Source: Clostridia bacterium
Lineage (GTDB): Bacteria; Bacillota; Clostridia; Oscillospirales; CAG-272
Reading direction: 5' to 3'
NCBI GenBank assembly: GCA_017455905.1
Contig: JAFTLQ010000016.1
Span: forward strand, 268 to 64,267
Length of the DNA stretch: 64,000 bases
Below, piece after piece: positions 44,876-54,274 of the stretch. Below the pieces are notes generated by a model. It was not told the DNA's origin. It searched no databases and saw only the letters and a list, made by a program, of their open reading frames with translations. Each line of letters opens with the position of its first letter. Within the stretch, counting starts at the first letter, position 1. The position numbers and the translations under genes were made by a program.

Positions 44876-45985
44876 TCAGAAGAAGAAAAAGCGTCGGCGC
44901 TTTTGAACGGTATTGACGTCCTCCATAGCACGCAGAGGCAGCTGTGTGAGCAGCTCGCCATCCTGCGAAAAGAGCAGGGTACCGAGAATGTCCCCCTTTT
45001 TGATCGGAGCGACGGTGTAGCGCGTCAGGCGCACGTCACAGCGGATGGGACTGTCGGTTTTTTTCATAACGATGGAAAACGGCTCGGTGTTCTCGACCGT
45101 GACCTCGCTTGCCGTTCCGTCAAGAACGGGTACGGTGTAGCGGTACTGACCAATCTCGGCCTCCGTGCGGCATTCCACGGTGTCAAAGCCAAAGTCCAGC
45201 ATGGCCTCGTGGTCCTGCCAATCGTTCGGTGCGTGAATGGTGACGGCGATCAACGTTACGCCATCGCGCTCGGCGGCGCTGACAAGGCAACGGCCGCTTT
45301 TTTTGGTAAAGCCGGTCTTGACGCCGATGGCTCCGTCGTATAAGCGAAGCAGCTTATTGTGATTGGTGACCAGACGCGTGCTGTCGCCCTCGCCGATGCG
45401 TCGGCTGATCGTCTTGACCATCGTGCAAAAGGTCGGTATCTGCATGGCCGCGGCGGCGATGCGTGCCAGCTCCTCGGCCGTGGTGTAGTGCGTGTCCGCG
45501 TCTAATCCGTGGGGATTGTCAAAATGGGTATCGGTCAGGCCGAGAGCGAGCGCCTTTTGATTCATGCGCTCGACAAAGGCCTCGACGCTTCCCGCGACCG
45601 CCTGTGCGATGGCGCAGGCCGCGTCGTTGGCGCTGCGCAGGAGCAGTCCGTACAGCAGATCGGACAGCGTCATCTGCTCGCCTTCCTTTAAGTAAAGGGA
45701 AGAGCCCTCGATCCCCGTCGCCTCCTTTGGTACGGTCACGACGGTCGATGGGTCGCAATCCTCCAGCGCGACGAGCGCTGTCATGATCTTGGTCGTGCTG
45801 GCCATGGGCATGCGCAAATTGGCGTTTTTCGTCATAAGGAAGGTTCCTCGGCTCGGCTCATACAGAGCCGCCGAGCGCGCCGAGGTCGTGGGCGTTTCTG
45901 CGGAAAAGACCGTCACAGACAAAAGCGTAAATAAAAAGCACAGCAAGAGCAAAAACCAAAACGGTCGCATGGGACGTGGTGCCAT
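44876..45985 (-). CDS. dacB: D-alanyl-D-alanine carboxypeptidase (PBP5/DacB-like)
   Basis: Signal peptide present. SxxK (ASTTK), SxN (SANDAA) and KTG (KTGFT) motifs are all present. Confidence 0.85.
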   Translation of the reverse strand: MAPRPMRPFWFLLLLCFLFTLLSVTVFSAETPTTSARSAALYEPSRGTFLMTKNANLRMPMASTTKIMTALVALEDCDPSTVVTVPKEATGIEGSSLYLKEGEQMTLSDLLYGLLLRSANDAACAIAQAVAGSVEAFVERMNQKALALGLTDTHFDNPHGLDADTHYTTAEELARIAAAAMQIPTFCTMVKTISRRIGEGDSTRLVTNHNKLLRLYDGAIGVKTGFTKKSGRCLVSAAERDGVTLIAVTIHAPNDWQDHEAMLDFGFDTVECRTEAEIGQYRYTVPVLDGTASEVTVENTEPFSIVMKKTDSPIRCDVRLTRYTVAPIKKGDILGTLLFSQDGELLTQLPLRAMEDVNTVQKRRRFFFF

Positions 45986-46086
45986 ATACAAGCATCTCCT
46001 TCGATATATTCACCTTTAGTATAGAGCGCCAACGGGTGAATATACGAAGTAAAGACGGGATGTGCAAACAATTGTAGACAAAAATG

Positions 46087-46470
46087 TCAGAAAATAGAAT
46101 TTTTTATGCGTTTTAGAATATCGGGTATCTGCTCAATGGCAGAGCCTATTTTGGCGAGTGTCGCATCGATTGGGTTGACCGTTACGGGGATAAGCTCAAC
46201 GGAGGCATCCGGTCGTATCGTCAAGAAGGCGATGGGGGTGACGCTGATACCGCCGCCGCTTCCTCCGCCGAAGTTCTGGTTTTGGGTCAGCCGTTTGGCG
46301 GCGTAATCGACGCCACCGGCGGCAATGGCCACGTTGATGCGGGACACGGGAATGACGGTCACCCCGTTCAGCGTCTCAATGGGCGTTCCGATATAGGCGT
46401 CCGTATCGAGAAATTGTCGGATGGTCTCAAGGGATGTGCGGATCAGCTCACTCATTTGCGTTTGCGCCAT
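46087..46470 (-). CDS. ytfJ: sporulation protein YtfJ (GerW family)
   Basis: 127 aa. GGGSGGGISVTPIAFLTI is typical of the YtfJ/GerW family. Confidence 0.8.
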   Translation of the reverse strand: MAQTQMSELIRTSLETIRQFLDTDAYIGTPIETLNGVTVIPVSRINVAIAAGGVDYAAKRLTQNQNFGGGSGGGISVTPIAFLTIRPDASVELIPVTVNPIDATLAKIGSAIEQIPDILKRIKNSIF

Positions 46471-46982
46471 ACACGATCCTTCCTTTTTATATACATATAA
46501 AGAAACAGGATCGCGGCGGCCAACAGGTCAAGCAGGGCAAAGGTCAGCGTAATACGTCCCTCGGGACGCGTGCCGTCCGTGATGGCAAGCGGTGCGGTCC
46601 GCAGCCGCTCAGATACCGTATCGACAGTGGCAAGCGCTGTGCCGGATGCCCAAAGAAGGAGCCCGAGCACCGTCGTCGAGCGCACCGCACCGCGCGGAAG
46701 GTGCAAGCGATCCACCGTGATGACGGTGCGAGAGAGCAGGTACCGTACGGCTTTTGCGGCAGGCAGAAGGACGGCGCGTCGGTCAAACGGGCGCCGCGTA
46801 CGTCGGCGCGATGGCTGTTTCTTGTGTACAGTATGCCCCTCCGATGAGAAAATCATGCCGAAAAACAGTAGACGTACGTATAAACGCCAATCGTCCGCGC
46901 GTTGTGCGCTTACACGCACCGGCATGGATAAAAGCAAAAGTCCAAGACAAAGCAACAGCCAAAACAGCATATATACCCCCAA
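46452..46982 (-). CDS. DUF2953/YtfI-like sporulation membrane protein
   Basis: N-terminal TM helix. The position immediately upstream of ytfJ, overlapping it, matches Bacillus ytfI-ytfJ. Confidence 0.6.
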   Translation of the reverse strand: MGVYMLFWLLLCLGLLLLSMPVRVSAQRADDWRLYVRLLFFGMIFSSEGHTVHKKQPSRRRTRRPFDRRAVLLPAAKAVRYLLSRTVITVDRLHLPRGAVRSTTVLGLLLWASGTALATVDTVSERLRTAPLAITDGTRPEGRITLTFALLDLLAAAILFLYMYIKRKDRVWRKRK

Positions 46983-47015
46983 ACGTATGTAGAGGGTATA
47001 TCGGGTATGTAGGAA

Positions 47016-47840
47016 TTATTCGAGCTCGAAGGCTTGATCGTCCTCGGCAGAGGGCATGTCCTCGTCGTCGAACACGGACGGTGCGGCAGGCGTCTCCTCA
47101 GTCGATCCCTCGGTCGCCACCTCGTCCTGCGGGGGGGTGTCGGTCGGTGCCGCCTGCGTATCGGACCCATCCGCCGACGGCTCGTCGGTCAGCTGCATCT
47201 CGATCTGCTCGGCGTCATTCATCGACTCCTCGTCGGGAACGTTGCTTGCCTTGGCGAACATATTGACCATCTCCTCCGTCGTTTGCGGAAGCTCGGACAT
47301 ATCCGACAGACCAAAGGCACGCAGAAAGTCCTTGGTCGTTGCGTACAGCATGGGGCGACCGGGGGCGTCCATACGTCCGACGCTTTCGATCAGTCCGCGG
47401 TCGAGCAGATTGTTCATGGCGTAGGAGGAGTCGGCGCGGCGAAGCGTGTCCACAAACACGCGGGTCACGGGCTGATTGTAGGCGATGATGGCCAGCGCCT
47501 CCATGGAGGAGGTAGACAGAGAGCCGCTCTTTCGGACGCCGAGGGCGTCTCGGATCTCGCTGAGGTAGGCCTCCTTGGTGCAGAGCTGGCAGGCGTCGGG
47601 AAACGTGAGGAGAATGACGCCGCGCGGCATGTCGGACATGTTATATTTCATGGAATATTCGATGACCCTCTCTTTGACCTTTCCGGGGGTCATATCCAGC
47701 ACGCGTGCAATGGTAGCGTAGGAAAGCGGGTGGCCGGCGGCGAACAGCATGGCCTCCAGCGCTTCCTCAAAGACGACCTCGCGATGAGGCTCGTTTATAT
47801 CCTGTGCCTGCTCGGTTTCAGGCTGTATCATGTCGGTCAT
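47016..47840 (-). CDS. scpB: segregation and condensation protein B with an acidic C-terminal tail
   Basis: EAMLFAAGHPLSYATIARVL and winged-helix repeats. It overlaps the scpA stop. Confidence 0.85.
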   Translation of the reverse strand: MTDMIQPETEQAQDINEPHREVVFEEALEAMLFAAGHPLSYATIARVLDMTPGKVKERVIEYSMKYNMSDMPRGVILLTFPDACQLCTKEAYLSEIRDALGVRKSGSLSTSSMEALAIIAYNQPVTRVFVDTLRRADSSYAMNNLLDRGLIESVGRMDAPGRPMLYATTKDFLRAFGLSDMSELPQTTEEMVNMFAKASNVPDEESMNDAEQIEMQLTDEPSADGSDTQAAPTDTPPQDEVATEGSTEETPAAPSVFDDEDMPSAEDDQAFELE

Positions 47841-48670
47841 TCGCTTGCTCCTTCGGTTTGATTTGTACGGCTTTCCATCGCGTCAAATTCGCTGGCGGTA
47901 ATATCGCCGGCCACATAGCCCGCATTCAGGCGGAAGGTCATCTGAAGACCGCAGTCCTCGTAATCCGCCGATTCCTCGGTATAGGTGACGTTGGTGATCT
48001 CGACGCGGTGGATCTTGATCATTTCCAGGATGCCCATGAAGCGGGCGACCAGCTCGGCACGCGACTCGGAATCCTTTAAAAGCGTGTAGAGGGAGGCCTC
48101 GCCGCAATCCTGTAGCATCAATACCATTTCCTCAATCTTTTCCTCGACCGATACGACGTGATGCTTGATGAGCGGATTGACGAGATCGCTGGGCTTGCGC
48201 TCCGCCTCTGCGACCTTCATGCGGCGCAGCACGGACTGCAGGGCCTTGATCATGAGGGAGGGATCCAGGTTGAGCGGCAGCCCCTTTTCGGGAGGCACGG
48301 CATCCGTTCCCTTGACGACGCGTCCGCTGTAGCGCTCGTAGCGCGGCATAAGCTCCTTGGCGGCGAGCTTGGCCTGCTGGTAAAGGAGCAGGGCGTTGGC
48401 GATCTCGCGGCGCGGGTCGTTCTCCGTGCCCTCCTCGTGGGGCAGGATCATCTTGCTCTTGATCAGCATCAGCTCACTTGCCATGACGAGAAATTCGCTG
48501 GCAATATCGGGGTCCATCTTTTGGGCTTCCTCTATATACGACATGTACTGATCGCATATGAGAACGATGGGGATGTCGGTGATGCTGACCTTGTTTTTGG
48601 CGATCAGCGTCAGTAATAGATCAAGAGGACCGTCAAATTGGTCCAGATGATAGGTAAGTTGTTCGGTCAT
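47837..48670 (-). CDS. scpA: segregation and condensation protein A
   Basis: LDQFDGPLDLLLTLIAKNKVSITDIPI is a kleisin N-terminus. Confidence 0.85.
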   Translation of the reverse strand: MTEQLTYHLDQFDGPLDLLLTLIAKNKVSITDIPIVLICDQYMSYIEEAQKMDPDIASEFLVMASELMLIKSKMILPHEEGTENDPRREIANALLLYQQAKLAAKELMPRYERYSGRVVKGTDAVPPEKGLPLNLDPSLMIKALQSVLRRMKVAEAERKPSDLVNPLIKHHVVSVEEKIEEMVLMLQDCGEASLYTLLKDSESRAELVARFMGILEMIKIHRVEITNVTYTEESADYEDCGLQMTFRLNAGYVAGDITASEFDAMESRTNQTEGASE

Positions 48671-48697
48671 TGTAAAGTAAAGCCTTTCTTGCTACCG

Positions 48698-49441
48698 TTA
48701 TGAAAGCCACGGGATCAGCTGCCAGAAGCTGATCATCAGCGAGGAGAGCCACCCGATCGCGACGCCCACGAGGTTCGACAGGGACACGATATACGTAGCG
48801 ATAAAGCTAAGCACACCGGAGGTCTGCACGAAGGGTATGCGTAACAGGATCGTCGACAACAGATCCCCCAAAAACAACCAAAGAAGAAGGGCAATATAGA
48901 AGGTGCGGTCGTGGCGCATCACCTTGAAATACAGCTTCGGCGGCAGAACGAGATGCAGGATCCGTGAGCCGTCCAAGGGGGGAACGGGGATGAGGTTAAA
49001 GACCGCAATACCAAGGTTGATCTGGTGGAACACAAGCAGGAACAGCACGCTGTACAGGGCCAGGTTTTCGACGAAGGCCGAGGTGAAGGTGCTCGTTACG
49101 TATATGCGCCATGCCACAAGATACAGCAGTGCGGCAAAAAACGCACAAATGAGATTGGACAGCGGTCCTGCCAGGGCCGTCAGGGCAAAGTCGCGCTTGG
49201 GCTTTTTTAAATTGCGGGCGTTGATCGGTACGGGCTTTGCCCATCCGATGTGGAAAAACACCATGCTGAGCATGCCGACGATGTCGAGATGCTTCAGCGG
49301 GTTGAGCGTCAGCCGCCCCAGATTCTTGGCCGTCGGGTCGCCGAGCTTGTCCGCGGCATAGGCGTGCGAAAACTCATGGACCGTAAGAACGATGAGCGAC
49401 GCCAAGGCAGACAGGACGTAATAGATGAGATCTTGCCCCAT
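48698..49441 (-). CDS. site-2 protease family (M50) membrane metalloprotease
   Basis: HEFSHAYAA (HExxH) within TM helices, and a later LNPLKHLD motif. Confidence 0.8.
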   Translation of the reverse strand: MGQDLIYYVLSALASLIVLTVHEFSHAYAADKLGDPTAKNLGRLTLNPLKHLDIVGMLSMVFFHIGWAKPVPINARNLKKPKRDFALTALAGPLSNLICAFFAALLYLVAWRIYVTSTFTSAFVENLALYSVLFLLVFHQINLGIAVFNLIPVPPLDGSRILHLVLPPKLYFKVMRHDRTFYIALLLWLFLGDLLSTILLRIPFVQTSGVLSFIATYIVSLSNLVGVAIGWLSSLMISFWQLIPWLS

Positions 49442-49445
49442 GGTA

Positions 49446-50045
49446 TCAGCGCTCCAGCGCGTCGGATATGACGCGCAGCAGCTGTTCCTTTCCTTCTTTT
49501 GTTACGGAGGAGAAGGGAAGAGGCGTGATGCCCGTGCCGGCAAAGACGGTGTCCTCCAGCTCCTTCAGCGCCTCGGCGAGGCGTGCCTTGGACAGCTTGT
49601 CCGTCTTGGTGGCGACGACGGTAAAGGGAATGCCTCGTTCCAGCATAAAATTGATCATATGAATGTCATCGGTGCTGGGACCCGTGCGGATGTCGATCAG
49701 CTGGATCACCAGGCGCAAGGCGTCCGCCGAAGGATTCTTCAGAAAGAAATCCTCCGTCAGCGACGACCATCCCGCCTTGGAATCCTGCGAGCGCCGGGCG
49801 TAGCCGTAGCCGGGCAGGTCCACGAGGTAGAAGCGGTCGACCGAATAATAATTGATGGTGATGGTCTTGCCGGGCGTCGAGGACACGCGGGCGAGAGACT
49901 TGCGTCCGAGAAGGGTGTTGATCAGCGAGCTTTTTCCGACGTTGGAGCGTCCGGATAAGGCGATCTCGGGACGCGGGTCGCGCGGAAATTGCGAGGAGCG
50001 TCCGACGCAAAGCGCCAGGGACGCATTAGCCGTTTGAATCGTCAC
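49446..50045 (-). CDS. engB: ribosome biogenesis GTP-binding protein YsxC/EngB
   Basis: GRSNVGKSSLINTL (G1), DLPGYGY and TKTDKL. I chose the GTG start at 50045, which follows aaaggag; the ORF extends up to 50087. Confidence 0.85.
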   Translation of the reverse strand: MTIQTANASLALCVGRSSQFPRDPRPEIALSGRSNVGKSSLINTLLGRKSLARVSSTPGKTITINYYSVDRFYLVDLPGYGYARRSQDSKAGWSSLTEDFFLKNPSADALRLVIQLIDIRTGPSTDDIHMINFMLERGIPFTVVATKTDKLSKARLAEALKELEDTVFAGTGITPLPFSSVTKEGKEQLLRVISDALER

Positions 50046-52410
50046 GGGCAGACTCCTTTCCAATGGCCGATGGGCAAGCCAGGGCATGTGTCAGCACGTC
50101 GCTTACGTGGGTGCAGGGAATAAAGGTCAGATGCTCCGCCGCCTCGCGGTCGATCTCGTCGAGATCGCGTACATTCTCCTCGGGGATGAGCACCGTCTTG
50201 ATGCCTGCCCGATACGCCGCCAGCGTCTTTTCCTTGAGACCGCCGATGGCGAGCACCTTGCCGCGCAGCGTTACCTCGCCCGTCATGGCTACGTCGCGCC
50301 GTACGGGGATCGAGCTGAGCGCGCTGACGATGGCGGTCACCATGGTCACGCCGGCCGAGGGACCGTCCTTGGGAATGGCACCCTCGGGGAAGTGAATGTG
50401 CAGATCCTTGGTTTTATAAAAGTCGGCGGGAATGCCGTAGTCTTGTGCCACGGTGCGCACGTAGGAATGCGCGATCTGCGCCGATTCCTTCATGACGTCG
50501 CCGAGGGAGCCGGTAAGCTCGATCTTTCCCGAGCCCTCCATGACGGCCACCTCGACCTTGAGCAGATCGCCGCCGGACTGCGTATAGGCCAGGCCGTTGA
50601 CGACGCCGACGGGGTCGGTCTCCTCGGGCTTTTCGGGGAGAACCTTGACCTTGCCGAGATAGTCGGCAAGATTACCTGCCGTGATCGTGACGCATTTGAT
50701 GTCCTCCTCCGCGATGCGCTTGGCACCCTTGCGGATCAGAGAGGCGATCTCGCGCTCAAGATTGCGCACGCCCGCCTCGCGGGTGTACCCCTTGATCAGG
50801 GCAAGAATGCCGTCGTCGGTGATGCGGAACTTGCGCTTGTTCATGCCGTGCCGCTTGAGCTGTTTTTTGAGAATATGATGTTTAACGATGGAAAGCTTTT
50901 CCGAATCGGTATACGTCGACAGCTCAATGACCTCCATGCGGTCGAGCAGGGGCAGAGGAATGCCCTCGTAGCTGTTGGCCGTCGCAATAAACATACAGTC
51001 GGACAGGTCGATGGGGATCTCCATGAAGTTGTCGCGGAAAAACTTGTTTTGCTCCGGGTCGAGCACCTCCAGCAGGGCAGAGGTGGGGTCGCCCTTGAAA
51101 TTGCTGGCCATCTTGTCGATCTCGTCGAGGACGATGACGGGGTTTTCGTTTTTGGCGTTGATGATGGCGGTGACGATACGGCCGGGCATGGCGCCGACGT
51201 AGGTCTTGCGGTGGCCGCGGATCTCCGCCTCGTCGTGCATACCGCCGAGAGACACGCGGGCGTATTTACGCTTGAGCGCGCGTGCGATCGAGCCGGCGAC
51301 CGAGGTCTTGCCGACACCGGGCGGGCCGATGAGGCAGAGGATCTGGTTCTTGACTTCGGGGGAAAATTGCTTGACGGCTACGAACTCAAGGATGCGCTCC
51401 TTGACCTTTTCCAGCCCGTCGTGATCCTCGTCGAGGATCTTTTTTGCCTCGGCCACCGTGGGGACGGCGGCACTCTTTTTTCCAAAGGGGAAATCGAGGA
51501 CGGTATCAAGATAGGTGCGCAGCACCGTTCCCTCGGCCGAGCCGTAGGGTGCCTTTTCCAGCTTGGACAGCTCCTTGAAGAGCTTTTCGCGCACCTCCTC
51601 GGGCATGCGTGCCTTTTCAATACGCTCGGCGTACTCGTGGATCTCGTCATCCTCGTCCTCCGATTCACCAAGCTCGTTTTGTATCGCCTTGATCTGCTCG
51701 CGCAGGAAATAACTCTTTTGCGATTCGTCGATCTTGCTGCGCACGCGCTGCTGAATATCGTGCTCGCAGGAGAGAAGCAGACCCTCCTCCTCCAGCGCGA
51801 CGAGCAGCCGCTCCAGACGCGTGCGGGCAGTAAGCGCCTCCAGCACGCCCTGCTTGTTGCGATAATCGATGAGCGCGGAGGTGGCAACGAAATCGGCAAA
51901 GGGCAGCGGCTCCTTGATCGCCAGCGCGGACATCTTCATCTGCTCGGTAAAGGTCGGATGCATTTGCGCCAGCGTTTCGATATGCGTGCGCACATCCATC
52001 ATGAGCGCCTCAATGACGGGGGACGTCGCGGTCATGCGCTTTTCCTCGCGCATAACGGCGCTGGCACGGAAGAAGCCGTCCTCAAACGTGATCTCGCGTA
52101 TCTTGGCGCGCGCGACACCCTCAAAGACGACGGACAGATTGTTCTGCGCGTTTTTGACCACGTGCTTGATCGTCGCTACCACACCCATGGAGTAGAAGGC
52201 GTCGATGCTCGGTTCCTCGTCGGATAGCTCCTTCTGTGTTAAAAGGAGGATATGGGAGTCCGCCTCCGTCGCTGCCAGAGTAAATGCCTTGAGCGAAAAG
52301 GGACGGACGATCTCGATGTTCATCTGCACCGAGGGGAAGGCGACCATGCCGCGCAGCGGCAGCATCGGCAGCTCGATTATATGTTCGTTTTTTTGATTGG
52401 CGTTGTTCAT
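50026..52410 (-). CDS. lon: ATP-dependent Lon protease (LonA)
   Basis: LON N-domain, Walker A GPPGVGKTS, and protease serine in PKDGPSAGVTMVTA. Confidence 0.95.
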   Translation of the reverse strand: MNNANQKNEHIIELPMLPLRGMVAFPSVQMNIEIVRPFSLKAFTLAATEADSHILLLTQKELSDEEPSIDAFYSMGVVATIKHVVKNAQNNLSVVFEGVARAKIREITFEDGFFRASAVMREEKRMTATSPVIEALMMDVRTHIETLAQMHPTFTEQMKMSALAIKEPLPFADFVATSALIDYRNKQGVLEALTARTRLERLLVALEEEGLLLSCEHDIQQRVRSKIDESQKSYFLREQIKAIQNELGESEDEDDEIHEYAERIEKARMPEEVREKLFKELSKLEKAPYGSAEGTVLRTYLDTVLDFPFGKKSAAVPTVAEAKKILDEDHDGLEKVKERILEFVAVKQFSPEVKNQILCLIGPPGVGKTSVAGSIARALKRKYARVSLGGMHDEAEIRGHRKTYVGAMPGRIVTAIINAKNENPVIVLDEIDKMASNFKGDPTSALLEVLDPEQNKFFRDNFMEIPIDLSDCMFIATANSYEGIPLPLLDRMEVIELSTYTDSEKLSIVKHHILKKQLKRHGMNKRKFRITDDGILALIKGYTREAGVRNLEREIASLIRKGAKRIAEEDIKCVTITAGNLADYLGKVKVLPEKPEETDPVGVVNGLAYTQSGGDLLKVEVAVMEGSGKIELTGSLGDVMKESAQIAHSYVRTVAQDYGIPADFYKTKDLHIHFPEGAIPKDGPSAGVTMVTAIVSALSSIPVRRDVAMTGEVTLRGKVLAIGGLKEKTLAAYRAGIKTVLIPEENVRDLDEIDREAAEHLTFIPCTHVSDVLTHALACPSAIGKESARDDSNG

Positions 52411-52759
52411 GTGACGTTCCTTGCTTTGACCTGTGATATGGGACGGTACGGACGATGGTCCGAGGTTTCCATTTAACTATTATACCACAACAATTCCGAA
52501 AAATCTATATGAAAAATAAAAAATTAAAAAATATTTAATAGAAATAGAAAAAGAAAAAAGCACCGTACCTTATCGGCCGGTGCAAGCAGATCCGATGAGG
52601 GAGCATCATGAGATTGATGTGTCATAGGATCTCTGCGGAGTGGTTCTATTATACACGAAGGAGGGCGCTTTGTAAAGACGGCAGTTTTCACAATTTTTCG
52701 GCCGTTTTTTTGTGTAAACAAGAGAATTTTGAAAAAATTGAAAAAAGTTGAAAAAAGCC

Positions 52760-52788
52760 TTGACAAACCAAAAGAAAGGTGCTATAAT
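52760..52788 (+). promoter_or_regulatory. consensus sigma-A promoter of the infC operon
   Basis: TTGACA, 17 nt, TATAAT: a perfect match to both hexamers. Confidence 0.7.
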
Positions 52789-52928
52789 ACCTGCGTAAAA
52801 CAAGCAGACATCCGTTCTCACCATACCACCCGTGTGCGTATGGTTCATACACTGACCCCCGACGGGGGTGGAGTAGGTGCATACGGAGCTGTCTGTATGC
52901 ATTTTTTGTTTTTCGGAGGTATACAGCC
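52789..52928 (+). promoter_or_regulatory. infC-rpmI-rplT leader with an intrinsic attenuator (L20-leader-like)
   Basis: Structured 140-nt leader. It contains an acccccgacgggggt hairpin, then tgcatac-N10-gtatgca followed by ttttttgttttt immediately before the infC RBS. Confidence 0.55.
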
Positions 52929-53462
52929 ATTAGCGCCAGTAACACCAAGGATCTTCTGATCAATGAGGAGATCAAAGCAGCGGAAGTCCGCGTGATCGGA
53001 AAGGACAACGAGCAGGTCGGCATCATGAAGATCGAGGATGCCCGTGCCTATGCGTACAACAACGACGTGGATCTCGTTCTGATCGTTCCGGGAGCCAATC
53101 CGCCCGTATGCCGTGCCGTTGATTACGGTAAGTTCTGCTTTGAGCGCGACAAGAGAGAAAAGGAAGCGAAGAAAAAGCAGGTCATCGTCAAGGTAAAGGA
53201 AGTACAGCTGTCCTGCCGTATTGAGCAGCACGATTTTGATACGCGTGTCAATCAGGCAAAGAAGTTCCTTGCCGAGGGGAACAAGGTGCGTGCCGTCGTT
53301 CGCTTCCGCGGACGCGAAATGTCGCATCAGGATCTGGGACTGCAGGTCATCTCGAAGTTTGAGGAGGCTTGTGCCGACGCAGGACGCGCGGACAAAAAGC
53401 CGACGATGGAGGGTCGCTTCATGTCGATCATCCTCTCTCCCGTAAAGCCCGAGAAAAAATAA
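52929..53462 (+). CDS. infC: translation initiation factor IF-3, ATT start codon
   Basis: The in-frame extension upstream of the ORF-track GTG gives I-SASNTKDLLINEEIKAAEVRVIG, the conserved IF-3 N-terminus. The ATT at 52929 lies 9 nt after GGAGG. No ATG or GTG is available upstream in frame. Confidence 0.85.
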   Translation: MSASNTKDLLINEEIKAAEVRVIGKDNEQVGIMKIEDARAYAYNNDVDLVLIVPGANPPVCRAVDYGKFCFERDKREKEAKKKQVIVKVKEVQLSCRIEQHDFDTRVNQAKKFLAEGNKVRAVVRFRGREMSHQDLGLQVISKFEEACADAGRADKKPTMEGRFMSIILSPVKPEKK

Positions 53463-53556
53463 CTGCTATCGTATTATATATGATCCGCCGCACACCGTGC
53501 GATGAATTATTATGATAAATTATGGGGATACCCAACAAAAGAAAAGGAGCAACATC

Positions 53557-53751
53557 ATGGGAAAGATCAAGACACACAAAGCCTCTGCCAAGAGATTTTC
53601 TCTTACCGGTAGCGGAAAGATAAAGATGTCTCACAACAACCACCGTCACAACCTTGGCATCAAGACCTCCAAGCGCAAGAGAGGCCTTCGCAAGGGCGCG
53701 ATTCTCAGTGAGTGCTTTGCACCGACGTACAGAACCCTTATTCAGAAGTAA
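53557..53751 (+). CDS. rpmI: 50S ribosomal protein L35
   Basis: MGKIKTHKASAKRF..., 64 aa, RBS aaaaggag. Confidence 0.9.
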   Translation: MGKIKTHKASAKRFSLTGSGKIKMSHNNHRHNLGIKTSKRKRGLRKGAILSECFAPTYRTLIQK

Positions 53752-53778
53752 TAGGGACCAACTTAGGAGGAAAAGAAA

Positions 53779-54132
53779 ATGGCAAGAGTTAAGGGCGCGA
53801 TGATGACGCGCAAAAGAAGAAAGAGCGTACTGAAGGCCGCTAAGGGCTATTGGGGTGCAAAATCCAAGCATTTCAAGATGGCGAAGCAAGCCGTTCTCAA
53901 GAGCGGTAACTACGCATTCGCCGGCCGTAAGCTGAAGAAGAGAGATTTCCGTTCTCTTTGGATCGCTCGTATTTCCGCCGCTGCCAAGGCAAACGGCATG
54001 AACTATTCGACCTTTATGCACGGCCTCAAGGTTGCCGGCATCGACCTCAACCGCAAGATGCTTTCCGAGATCGCTATCGCTGACAAGGCTGCGTTCTCCG
54101 CTCTCTGCGAAAAGGCTAAGGCTGCTCTGTAA
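53779..54132 (+). CDS. rplT: 50S ribosomal protein L20
   Basis: [26 protein letters not shown]... is a typical L20. Confidence 0.95.
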   Translation: MARVKGAMMTRKRRKSVLKAAKGYWGAKSKHFKMAKQAVLKSGNYAFAGRKLKKRDFRSLWIARISAAAKANGMNYSTFMHGLKVAGIDLNRKMLSEIAIADKAAFSALCEKAKAAL

Positions 54133-54143
54133 GCCTTATATAC

Positions 54144-54189
54144 AAAAAAATCCGTTTTTCCGACGAGTGTTGGAAAAACGGATTTTTTC
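54144..54189 (+). terminator. intrinsic terminator after rplT
   Basis: aaaaatccgtttttcc ... ggaaaaacggattttt: a 16-bp stem followed by a T-run. Confidence 0.85.
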
Positions 54190-54274
54190 AAATACAGCAC
54201 GGTTTTTGTGTAAATGTGAGTAGAAATGCAAATGTTTGTTTGCATTTCATGCTTGTTTTTTTGGAGGAAAACGC

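Noticed and set aside
50086-52227. 713-aa plus-strand ORF across lon
   Set aside because: It is antisense to the clear Lon protease and has no motifs or RBS, so it is a shadow ORF. The same reasoning applies to 10592-11956(-), 24077-25534(-), 35293-36765(-), 40146-41861(-), 56422-57783(-), 59929-60954(-), 21329-22651(+) and 27371-28351(+).
52411-52445. CtsR-like operator upstream of lon (AGGTCAAAG on the minus strand)
   Set aside because: Only one heptad is present, and the second direct repeat required for a CtsR box is absent. No CIRCE element is present either.
52520-52760. Hairpins in the lon/infC divergent intergenic region (gcaccg-N12-cggtgc with flanking A/T runs at about 52559-52586; weak acggc-N18-gccgt plus T-run at about 52669-52710) as a possible small RNA
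   Set aside because: The stems are short (5-6 bp), the loops are large and the region is generally A/T-rich, so runs of T are expected by chance. I could not identify a convincing promoter for a discrete transcript. This is worth a glance in RNA-seq but is not supportable from sequence alone.
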